Positions 17,762 through 26,382 of a stretch of 56,616 nucleotides of DNA are shown one piece after another. The DNA is taken from the IMG/VR virus record IMGVR_UViG_3300044641_000673, positions 1 through 56,616 of that record; one strand, written 5' to 3'. This DNA is from a virus (lineage: Duplodnaviria; Caudoviricetes). Every line of letters starts with the position of its first letter. The first letter of the stretch is position 1. The translations under genes and the position numbers were made by a program. The notes under the pieces were generated by a model. The model had not been told where the DNA came from. It searched no databases and worked only from the letters and a program-made list of their open reading frames with translations.

Positions 17762-19801
17762 TTACTTCATTTTCTTCAAGTCAGCTTCGATGTCCGCATC
17801 AATGTCCGGACCGATTATGCGACTGCCAGGAATATTAGGGATATCCGCAGCTTCAATATTCTCTGGTGCAGCGTTAGGGTCAATCGGTGAAGGTGGGAAC
17901 GCTGTCACAGTGCCCATGATCGCACCCGTCTCGCCTTTGCCGAGGCGTGCCGCCCCTGCGGTAGCCTTAACATTGTACTGCTCGATCAACTTAACAGCCG
18001 CCGCAACTTCATGCGGATCGCTTGACATGAGCAGTTTGCCAACTTTCTCAGCAACTTCGTCAGTCATCGTAGCGCTACGTGCAACACGCGCCGCCATGTT
18101 CGTAAACGAATTCCAGAACGTCCCCGTCACGGCATCCGCAACCGCAGCCCCTACCCCTGAGTCCTCCTCAAAGCGTTCACGCGCCTGAGTACGTCTTCCG
18201 GTAGCCGCGCCACCAAGGATGCGGTTGGATTGTTGGAACAACTGAGCTTCACGCTCAAGAGCTGACTTGAACATCTCAAACTTAGCAGGGCTGTCAAACA
18301 ACGGCTGCAATTTAGCTTGCATCTCAGGCGAGCCAATGATACGCTGCGCGGCGTTCAAGTTTGCGGACGGTGGATCCATGATCTTACTGTAAAGGTCACG
18401 AACTACACCTGTACGGAACGCATCTTTTTCAGCGTTACCCATTTTGCTGATCATGTCAATGACTTGCTCGTGGTCCAGCTTGTTGAAGTCTTTCATACCT
18501 GCGCGCATCGCCTCAAGCACTTCCATGTCACCTGAGTACGCTTGACGAGCCTTGAGGTAAGGCGAATTTGCGCCGCCGGTGGCTTCATCAATCGCGCCCA
18601 CGTAGACGTTGCGCAACTGCTTTAGAGCGTTAGCTTCAGCGCTGCTCATACCTTTAGCGCTCGTGTAACCGGCTTCAATAGTGGCGTCAATACCGCGCTT
18701 GACGTAATCAAGTGTGCGGACGTCTGGCAACTTAGTCAACTCTAAAATTTCATTACCGTTAGCGTCAAACTTACCGGTAGGTTTGTAGATTTCGGGCAGG
18801 GCAAATTTGCTAGGGTCTTCACCGCGCAACTTAGCCGCTTGAGCCTCGGTGTCAGCAATGCTACGCGCTTTGCTCCAGAACTCTTGAAAACGAGGGTTCT
18901 TCAAAGCCTCGATGATGCGTGGGTCGTCTACGTCACCAAAAGCGTATGCGTCGTCATAGAGCGTGTCAGCTTGCTTACGCAAATCTGCCATCATTTTCTG
19001 TTCATCAGCGTAGAAGTTACCAGACTTGATCCCTTTACGGGTCTGTGCGTAAGTACGCTCACGAGCACCGGCGGTCTGCTCGCCGAGTTTCTTCTCAACC
19101 AGACGACCGCTGGGACCGCTACGCTGAGCTACGGTCTCAGCAAGGTCAACTAACGCGGGGTCAGCATTAGCCATAGTTGAAGGGATATTACGAGCGCGGT
19201 CTTGAACGACTTTCTGCTCAATCTGTTGAGGAGTCATACCTGACTCGTTCATAGCGCGGGAGACCTTACCTAAGGCGGCTTTAGTCACGCTAGCCTCGCT
19301 AGGGGCGAGCCGGTCACGTAACCACTTAACAGCCGCGCCGCTACCGCGAATAGCCGCTGGAGCAACTGTGCCGACTGTTGTCCCAACCACTGTGCCGGTA
19401 ACCGCCCCTTCGCCTCGCTCTCCTGGCTTAGCAGAACCCGCGCCAGAGACACCGCCGGTCAAGCCGCCGGTCACAGCACCGCGCACATAAGGGTTTACTG
19501 CTAGGCGAGCTAAAGCGCTAGCGGCGACCGGAGCAGTAGCACCTCCGGTAGCAGGAGCGGTCAGCATAGCCGCCAGAGCTGGAGCAGCCCCGCCGCCGAA
19601 CTCAAGAGCTGGAGCTACAAACGGGTTCTCTTTAGAATACTGCGCGTATTCTTGATTGATCCTAGCGAGTTCGGTCTCGTAGCCTTTGCTACCGGCGAGC
19701 TTAGAGCGAAGCCATGCCTCAGCTTCATCACCCCAACCCATGCCGAGACCTTGACCAACAAGGGCGCGAGCACCGCCCATGTACGGATTAACTGTGGCCA
19801 T
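17762..19801 (-). CDS. Internal virion/DNA ejection protein
   Basis: Last of four large helical genes after the nozzle; GQGLGMGWGDEAEA N-terminus and a Gly/Ala-rich hydrophobic segment. Confidence 0.7.
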   Translation of the reverse strand: MATVNPYMGGARALVGQGLGMGWGDEAEAWLRSKLAGSKGYETELARINQEYAQYSKENPFVAPALEFGGGAAPALAAMLTAPATGGATAPVAASALARLAVNPYVRGAVTGGLTGGVSGAGSAKPGERGEGAVTGTVVGTTVGTVAPAAIRGSGAAVKWLRDRLAPSEASVTKAALGKVSRAMNESGMTPQQIEQKVVQDRARNIPSTMANADPALVDLAETVAQRSGPSGRLVEKKLGEQTAGARERTYAQTRKGIKSGNFYADEQKMMADLRKQADTLYDDAYAFGDVDDPRIIEALKNPRFQEFWSKARSIADTEAQAAKLRGEDPSKFALPEIYKPTGKFDANGNEILELTKLPDVRTLDYVKRGIDATIEAGYTSAKGMSSAEANALKQLRNVYVGAIDEATGGANSPYLKARQAYSGDMEVLEAMRAGMKDFNKLDHEQVIDMISKMGNAEKDAFRTGVVRDLYSKIMDPPSANLNAAQRIIGSPEMQAKLQPLFDSPAKFEMFKSALEREAQLFQQSNRILGGAATGRRTQARERFEEDSGVGAAVADAVTGTFWNSFTNMAARVARSATMTDEVAEKVGKLLMSSDPHEVAAAVKLIEQYNVKATAGAARLGKGETGAIMGTVTAFPPSPIDPNAAPENIEAADIPNIPGSRIIGPDIDADIEADLKKMK

Positions 19802-22656
19802 TATTCAGTTCCTTCCTCAAGCGGGGTAGTCATACGGTAAGCACCCGAATTGATTTGATCAAGACGTGCTTGTTCACGAGCTGTGCGATCTTGCAACACT
19901 TTGTACGCACGTTTGATAACCGCGCCGCGCTCTTCTTTAGTCTTGGAGCCGATACCTTCAAGCTCCATCAGAATTGCGCGCTCGCCTTCAGTCGGTGAGC
20001 CACCAAATGTTGCTTTCAATTTAGCTAGACCTTGAGAACCGAGCAGGTTGTTGAGGATGCGCGTATTGACGATCACGGGATCTTTAGAACCCGCCGCTTC
20101 AGACAAGAACTGTTGACCTTTGTCTAACCAGCCACCGGCCAGAGAGTTCGGGTTCAGCGCGTAAGCCTGTTTCAAATCAGCGAGAGACTGTTTGCTAGAA
20201 GCGATAAGGTCTTCAGCTTCGGTCTTCATTTTGATTTCAGGACCAGTCAGTTTAGCCTGTTGCGCTTTCTGTTGTTGGAACTTATCTTGGCTCAAAGCGA
20301 AGTTGGCTTGAGCCAAAGAAACATTTGCCAATGACGAGTTGATCTGCGCCAGCTTACCTTCAATATTCATATTGCCGATTTCTTGGACGCGTTTCTGGTA
20401 CTCAGGAGTTCCCGCCTTGAGACCTTCATCAAGAGCTTGCTTACCCGCCGCAGACTGAGGCTCACCCGACTTGATGTAATCTTTGATGAGTTCAGTAGCA
20501 ATAGTTCGCTTGTCTTTCATTTCCTCACCAGCTAATGCGCGCAGCGTGTTCAAATCTTCTTTGGCAGCAGTCATCTTCATCTTCTGACCTTCAAGAGCCA
20601 GAGCAAGTTTCTGCTGAGCAGATGCGCGTTTGTTTTTAGAGTATTCCCCTAGCTCTTTACCGACCAAGCCAAGGTTCTCAGCAAAATGACCGGTCTTAGT
20701 AGGAGCGCCGAACGCAGACGCTAATCTGAAATACATCTCAGCTTTAGAAGATTTCTCATCCTCAGGTGACTTCATAGCGCTGCTGAGCATTTTAGCGAAT
20801 GCGTCGCTCTCAGCCTTAGCGCTAGCGCGGGCAGCTTTCAAATCTTCACCATAAGCGCCGTCTTTCGGACCGTAGGCGGCGAGCAGCGCTTGAATGTTAC
20901 CCATACGCTCGCTACCGAAAGCCGGTGGTGCGACGGGGACAGGTGGAGGTGCAGCTGCCACGGCTGGGGCGACCGGCATAGGTGCGTTGTTCATAGCGAC
21001 AGTGGTCAAAGGCGCTTGAACCGGCGCAGCTTCTGCTGGCATTGAAATCATAGGCGGTGGCGGGCTAGCCATGTCAACAGGGCTAATCTCAACTGGGGCG
21101 CGGTTGCGTTCTTGAAGAGCAAAGAACTCAGCTTCTTCCTCAGGGCTACCGTAGCCGCTAGGTAGCTGAACGCGACCTGCGGTTTGGTAATGTGTTTTCA
21201 CTTGACCGCCTTTAGCCATAGCCATGGTGGCGTAACCCATGTCGTCAAAGTATTTACCCCCACCGCCACCTCCGAAACCGCCGAAGTCGCCGAAGTTATA
21301 ATCGCTTCCGCGGAAATCATAACTTCCATCAAGGTTAAATGCGTTGTCGCCGAGGTAAGTGTTCTTGTCGCTGTTTAACGAAAAGTCACCAGCCATCGTA
21401 CCGTCAAAAACACCTGAGTTATCAAGATTTTCCCAATCTTGAACTTCGTATTTGTCATTCAATTCGTTGATCGCGTCTTGAATACCGCCGGTGGTTCCGT
21501 CATCAGCAGCGACTAAGGTGTCGTTATTACCGGTTACAGTATCAGCTACTGTGTCAGTCACACCGCCGCCGAAAACAGTATCATCGCCAGCCGCCTCCAA
21601 GTAACTCGTGTCAGTTTTGTTTTTGTCTAAATCTGCGATGGTGTCTAAAATTACGCCGGTTGTACCGTCATCAGCAGCAACTAACGTATCGTTATTACCG
21701 GTTACGATGTCAGTCACGCCGCCACCAAACACAGTGTCATCTCCAGCGGCATCTAAATAACTCGTGTCGGTTTTATCTTTGTTTAGATCTGCAATAGTTT
21801 GCAAGATGTCCGCGGTTGTGCCGTCATCAGCAATAACATCATTTCCGGTTCCACCATTTAGCGTGGCGATCGTATCTAAAATAACGCCGGTTGTACCGTC
21901 ATCGGTGATAACGTCATTTCCTGTACCAGCAACGACAGTATCATTACCAGTAGCGCCGACAACTGTGTCATTCCCAGTACCGCCAATTAGCGTCACTAAG
22001 TCATTACCACCCCCACCTACGACCGTCGTCAAGTCATTACCGCCACCACCGACAATAGTGTCGTTACCGCCACCTCCGACGACAGTGTTGATTACGGGGG
22101 GCGTATAAGTCCCGTACTTAGGCGCTTGCAGCACGTTGCCCCAGCGGTTTTGAGTCGCGTTAAAGATGTCTTGACCACTGATACCGTATTTATCAGCATA
22201 CGCATTGATAGCGTCTGAATAAGCGTTCGGGTTTTTAGCGGCGTAATCTTGAATGTTTTGGTTGTACTGCTTGATACCAATATTTCGACCAGTGATTGGG
22301 TCCGGCGAAGGGTCTTTGTCACTCTTAGTTGCCCATTGCAATCCAGCAGACTTAGGCTCATAGCCTGTCTGAAATTGAGACTGCATGTACATAGGAGTGT
22401 TCATCAAACGGGTTTGATACTCTTTGCTGTAAGCGTCATACGCAGCTCTATCAGCTGGCGCGTTAGTTTTATCAACATTGTATTTAGCTAAAAGCGAATC
22501 ATAGTTAGCTTGCGCGGCGGTCAGCTTGTCACCCGTCAGCGTGTCGGTAGCGACTGGACGTGTGCCAGGATCAACCGGTAAAGCACCTGAATAGTTTATT
22601 TTGCTAGGAGTACCGACCCCGTACTGCTGCATTATTCTGTTGAGTTCAAATCCCAT
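19801..22656 (-). CDS. Internal virion/ejection protein with RTX-like and acidic repeats
   Basis: 951 aa; GGxGND repeats, Asp/Thr repeats, MAKGG motif, Pro-rich linker, coiled-coil C-terminal half ending LKATFGGSPTEGER. Confidence 0.7.
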   Translation of the reverse strand: MGFELNRIMQQYGVGTPSKINYSGALPVDPGTRPVATDTLTGDKLTAAQANYDSLLAKYNVDKTNAPADRAAYDAYSKEYQTRLMNTPMYMQSQFQTGYEPKSAGLQWATKSDKDPSPDPITGRNIGIKQYNQNIQDYAAKNPNAYSDAINAYADKYGISGQDIFNATQNRWGNVLQAPKYGTYTPPVINTVVGGGGNDTIVGGGGNDLTTVVGGGGNDLVTLIGGTGNDTVVGATGNDTVVAGTGNDVITDDGTTGVILDTIATLNGGTGNDVIADDGTTADILQTIADLNKDKTDTSYLDAAGDDTVFGGGVTDIVTGNNDTLVAADDGTTGVILDTIADLDKNKTDTSYLEAAGDDTVFGGGVTDTVADTVTGNNDTLVAADDGTTGGIQDAINELNDKYEVQDWENLDNSGVFDGTMAGDFSLNSDKNTYLGDNAFNLDGSYDFRGSDYNFGDFGGFGGGGGGKYFDDMGYATMAMAKGGQVKTHYQTAGRVQLPSGYGSPEEEAEFFALQERNRAPVEISPVDMASPPPPMISMPAEAAPVQAPLTTVAMNNAPMPVAPAVAAAPPPVPVAPPAFGSERMGNIQALLAAYGPKDGAYGEDLKAARASAKAESDAFAKMLSSAMKSPEDEKSSKAEMYFRLASAFGAPTKTGHFAENLGLVGKELGEYSKNKRASAQQKLALALEGQKMKMTAAKEDLNTLRALAGEEMKDKRTIATELIKDYIKSGEPQSAAGKQALDEGLKAGTPEYQKRVQEIGNMNIEGKLAQINSSLANVSLAQANFALSQDKFQQQKAQQAKLTGPEIKMKTEAEDLIASSKQSLADLKQAYALNPNSLAGGWLDKGQQFLSEAAGSKDPVIVNTRILNNLLGSQGLAKLKATFGGSPTEGERAILMELEGIGSKTKEERGAVIKRAYKVLQDRTAREQARLDQINSGAYRMTTPLEEGTE
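21460..22085 (-). repeat. Coding tandem repeats: RTX-like nonapeptides and DDGTT...TIADL...GDDTVFGGGVTD units
   Basis: GGGGNDTIV, GGGGNDLTT, GGGGNDLVT, GGTGNDTVV, GATGNDTVV, AGTGNDVIT, GGTGNDVIA; DDGTT occurs four times. Confidence 0.88.
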
Positions 22657-22669
22657 GTTGCTTCCTTAA

Positions 22670-24331
22670 TTAGCCGCCGAGGTTGTTCAAACCTTTGTAC
22701 GTATAGAGACCGGTCGCCACTTGAGACAGCGGCGAAGGTGAATACGTAGCGCCGGTGGTAGTGCCGCTGGTAGTTGTGGCTTGCGGCGTAATCGGAGCCA
22801 TGCCGCGAATCTGCGTGCTGAGCCAATCCATCTGTTGCTTAGGATAATTTTGCTGATTGATATACTGCTGCTCAGCCGCAGTCAACTGTCGTTGCATTTG
22901 ACCTTGCTGAGCCGCGCCAGCACCTTCAAGTGACGCCACATCAGCTGCGCGCATTGCTTGCTCTTGCTGTTGCATATTAGCGACGTTCTGCAATGCAGAC
23001 ATCTGACGCGCATAGTCTTGTGCCTGAGCCGCTTGTGTAGCCTGAGCAGCGGTGAGACCGAACTGCTGTTGAGCCTGACCTGCGCTCGTCTGCATCTGGC
23101 CGAGATTGCCCAACTGAGACATCTGCTGAGCAGTGAGTTGACCTTGCGTCTGACCGAGGTTAGTCAGGTTCTGCTGCTGTTGGCTTGTCAACTGGCCGGT
23201 GGTCTGACCGAGATTAGTCAAAGCCGAAGCCTGTTGTCCTGTCAGCTGACCAGCGGTCTGACCGAGGTTAGCGAGCGCTGAAGCCTGTTGACCCGTCAAC
23301 TGGCCTTGAGTCTGAGCGAGGTTGCCATACTGAGCGCCGCCCTGAAGCACGCGAGAGAGGTCTGCGCCAGAAATGCTACCGACCGTACCAGCCAACTGCG
23401 CTTGGCGTGCGAGATCAGCCTGAGAAGCACCGAGAGCCTGTCCGTAACCTTGGTTGGCTAGTTGGGCTTGCTGATTGAGAACGGCTTCTTGAGTGTCCCG
23501 TAAAGCACGGCTACCGAACTCACCCATGCGTGTGCCACCAAATTGGCCAGCTTTGATAAACTGGTCAGACACGCTAGGTAAGAGATTCTCACTGAGATTG
23601 CGACCGGCTTGCTTAGCAATAACGTCCATGACACCGGTTTGGTACGGAGACATGTACTGGCCGATGTTCTGTGCAGAAGACTGAGCCGCTGCAGTGAGGT
23701 AAGGGTTAGCCGCACTCAAAGCACGGTCAGACAGCGCCTGAGCCGTAGTGCTACCGGCTTGCGTCATGTAAGGTTGAGCAGAGCCGTAAATATTGCTCGC
23801 AGCGGTATTAGCCTGACTCAAATAAGGTTGAGCCGCGCCCATAATATTGCCAGCAGCTAAACCGGCTTGAGTCAAAGAAGGTTGAGCAGCAGCTACCGCA
23901 TCCACACCCATCGCTTTTGACAGCGCCGGTTGACCCGCCGCTACGATGTCCATCTGACCAGCTTTATTGAAATAACTTTGACCAGCGTCTAAGTTTTTAC
24001 CGACTAAGTCTTGACGCAAATACTGACCTTGCGCCGTTTTCAAAGCATCGGCTGTACCTTTACTACCGAAGTCCATCATACCCGCTTGAGCTTTATCTAA
24101 GTCACCTTGATAAAAACCTTGATTAGCCTGAACATTTTTATATGCTTGCTGTTGCAGAGGTGACAGCTCGGCTACCGTAGGTAGGTTGTACGGCTGGTAA
24201 GGCGTATTAGCGATGTTCTGGGCTACTTGGATTTGGTTATAAATCGCATCCTGCATCCACTTCGGAGTCTCAGTAGATGATGTAGTGTAAGAAGTTGCGG
24301 TCTGAGGCGACCCTTGGAATAAGCTGCCCAT
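22670..24331 (-). CDS. Gln/Ala-rich DNA pilot/ejection protein with 18-aa repeats
   Basis: PKWMQD...YQPY...VAELSPLQQQA N-terminus, GQFGGTR, four copies of GQLTxQQxxxLxNLGQ. Confidence 0.78.
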   Translation of the reverse strand: MGSLFQGSPQTATSYTTSSTETPKWMQDAIYNQIQVAQNIANTPYQPYNLPTVAELSPLQQQAYKNVQANQGFYQGDLDKAQAGMMDFGSKGTADALKTAQGQYLRQDLVGKNLDAGQSYFNKAGQMDIVAAGQPALSKAMGVDAVAAAQPSLTQAGLAAGNIMGAAQPYLSQANTAASNIYGSAQPYMTQAGSTTAQALSDRALSAANPYLTAAAQSSAQNIGQYMSPYQTGVMDVIAKQAGRNLSENLLPSVSDQFIKAGQFGGTRMGEFGSRALRDTQEAVLNQQAQLANQGYGQALGASQADLARQAQLAGTVGSISGADLSRVLQGGAQYGNLAQTQGQLTGQQASALANLGQTAGQLTGQQASALTNLGQTTGQLTSQQQQNLTNLGQTQGQLTAQQMSQLGNLGQMQTSAGQAQQQFGLTAAQATQAAQAQDYARQMSALQNVANMQQQEQAMRAADVASLEGAGAAQQGQMQRQLTAAEQQYINQQNYPKQQMDWLSTQIRGMAPITPQATTTSGTTTGATYSPSPLSQVATGLYTYKGLNNLGG

Positions 24332-26142
24332 TATGCAACTCCTTTCAAATAGCTGAGAGGTGACTTGGCGTTAGGACTAAATTTACCCCTTGCCAACACT
24401 TTACCTTTATGTGAGCGGATCTTTCCGCGCATGGCGTCGAGGCGCTTAGCTCCTTCTTTGTTGGAGCCATCACCGAGCATTGCTACTGTTTCTGCGTCAA
24501 TCACGTATTCACCATCTGAGAGTTTAGCATCAATGGTGTCTGCTCGACCAGAACCCGCTCCTTGAGCGAATCGGGCAACAGCTGACAGAGCGCCACCTTG
24601 TGCCATCTTAGGCGGGGTAGTGGTCGCGGTTTGCATATTATAAGCGCCAGAAGTGATTTTTGGCCAACTCCGCGCCATGTATTCAGTCAGGCTCAAGTTG
24701 TTAGCATTAGCATCGCTTTGAAGTTTGTTCCAATCCCAAGACACTGAAGGGCGATTAAAATACTCCTGCTGCGCGGGAGACATCTTATTGACCGCCTGTT
24801 GAACCTGCGGAGGGGCATCACTTAAACTACTCAGCAATGTGGCACCCATCAAAACATTCTTGGGTGAGAACATGTTACCCGTGTCAGAACCAGCACCTGA
24901 GGTCTTTAACTGACCTAGCGGAGACTGTGCGGGCATTTTCAAACCCGTACCGGTGTCTTGAGCGCCGTAACCGCTAGGTGTCATGGGCGCGTCTGACTTT
25001 ATCAAAGAATAATCAACATAAGAACTATCTGGTCCTTTGTAACCCATTTCACCTGTCAAATAGTTTTTAGTGCCAAAATAAGGTGTGTCAGTGTATGAGC
25101 TGAAATCTGCGGCTTTAGGCATCTTCAGACCTTCAACGACTGCGTCAGAAGGTTTCAAACCCACATTGCTCTGTGTTTGAGCGGGACGAGACATACTGCT
25201 AGCCAGCCCTGCTAAGCCGCCGCCGATAATAGCAGACTTAGGGTCGTAACCAGCAGTAATCATTCTGCCGAACTGTTTACCACCCGCGCCTATGGCAGCG
25301 TTACCCGTCAAGTCGCCGAGCTGTTGACCTGCGTAAGTACCTAAAGCGCCCGTAGCCGCACCCTTCAAGAAACCTTGACCAGACGCCACACCGCTTACAC
25401 CGCCAACGAGCGCGTTACCGAGAACATTCTGACCAGCCGTGCCTAAATTCAAACCTAAACCGGTATTAGCAGCGCCGCCTACGTATTCACCTAGGCCACC
25501 GCCTAAACCGCCCAACAATGCGCCTTTCAGCGGATCACCGCCGGTCAGAGCAGCCGTACCGCCGCCAATGACCGCGCCGCCAACCATGGTAGCGGCTGTG
25601 CCTGTGAAACCCATAGAAGCGCCGATTGCTGAACCAGCTCCAGGGACGATAAAGTCCAACGCAATCGGCAACGCAACAGCTAAAAACTTCTTGAGACTGA
25701 ATTTGTACTCAGGTAACCCTGTACGTGGGTTGATCGTTCCTGAGCCGCCCATACGCTTAAGCATCGCAGCTTCACGCGGATTGATGTGCGCTAACATTGT
25801 ATCGCCATGGCGACCCATAGAAGCTAGACCGCCTTTAGCGAAGCCCTGCTGCTGTTTTGTGCGCTCCTGCATACCGTACAACAATACGAGCAGAGAGATG
25901 ATTATCACGGGGTCAAACTGCGCAGGTAGGTCACCCTCTTCAACCATGTCGTCTTGAACCGCAGAGGCAACGATCTCAGGATACTGTTCAGGGTTATTGA
26001 GCGCAAACTCAAGCATCTGCACGAGTTCATCTAAGCCCTCACTCGTAATCGGCATGTCACCGATTTGATTCTCAAGCGTTAAAACCGCCTTTGAGAACCT
26101 TGGGTCGCTCTTTGCTATTTCAAGAATCTGTTGCTTATCCAT
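24331..26142 (-). CDS. Internal virion protein with a Gly-rich membrane-active region and two GR.DT..A...E modules
   Basis: FAKGG-LASMGRHGDTMLAHINPRE..GLPEY; glycine-zipper-like hydrophobic stretch; MAQGG...GRADTIDAKLSDGEYVI. Confidence 0.72.
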   Translation of the reverse strand: MDKQQILEIAKSDPRFSKAVLTLENQIGDMPITSEGLDELVQMLEFALNNPEQYPEIVASAVQDDMVEEGDLPAQFDPVIIISLLVLLYGMQERTKQQQGFAKGGLASMGRHGDTMLAHINPREAAMLKRMGGSGTINPRTGLPEYKFSLKKFLAVALPIALDFIVPGAGSAIGASMGFTGTAATMVGGAVIGGGTAALTGGDPLKGALLGGLGGGLGEYVGGAANTGLGLNLGTAGQNVLGNALVGGVSGVASGQGFLKGAATGALGTYAGQQLGDLTGNAAIGAGGKQFGRMITAGYDPKSAIIGGGLAGLASSMSRPAQTQSNVGLKPSDAVVEGLKMPKAADFSSYTDTPYFGTKNYLTGEMGYKGPDSSYVDYSLIKSDAPMTPSGYGAQDTGTGLKMPAQSPLGQLKTSGAGSDTGNMFSPKNVLMGATLLSSLSDAPPQVQQAVNKMSPAQQEYFNRPSVSWDWNKLQSDANANNLSLTEYMARSWPKITSGAYNMQTATTTPPKMAQGGALSAVARFAQGAGSGRADTIDAKLSDGEYVIDAETVAMLGDGSNKEGAKRLDAMRGKIRSHKGKVLARGKFSPNAKSPLSYLKGVA

Positions 26143-26154
26143 TTGTCACTCCAA

Positions 26155-26382
26155 TTAAGACAGAGATTGAGCAAACCGCTCAGCCCAGTCACGCCAATCA
26201 TCAAAGTCGTAAGGTAGAGGGAAGTTTCTACCTAGCGAAGTATTGTTCAAAAACTGCATAGCCCAGTTCTGCCAGTCGTCACCGTCAAGACGACTAAGCG
26301 CCCCGTAACTGTCCAGATCGAGCGCAATCTGATCAGCCCAGTCATGTAGCGACATGTAAGAGGGGCGAGTAATCGTGGTCAT
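26155..26382 (-). CDS. Small Trp/Asp-rich virion-associated protein
   Basis: 75 aa, ATGA-coupled to the nozzle gene. Confidence 0.72.
   Translation of the reverse strand: MTTITRPSYMSLHDWADQIALDLDSYGALSRLDGDDWQNWAMQFLNNTSLGRNFPLPYDFDDWRDWAERFAQSLS

Noticed and set aside
19801-22656. Bacterial RTX toxin or host contamination
   Set aside because: The repeats are in frame inside a coupled virion operon and no T1SS genes are present
24331-26142. Tape-measure protein, implying a siphovirus
   Set aside because: No tail tube, tail chaperone, Dit or baseplate genes; the adaptor-nozzle-ejection gene order is podoviral
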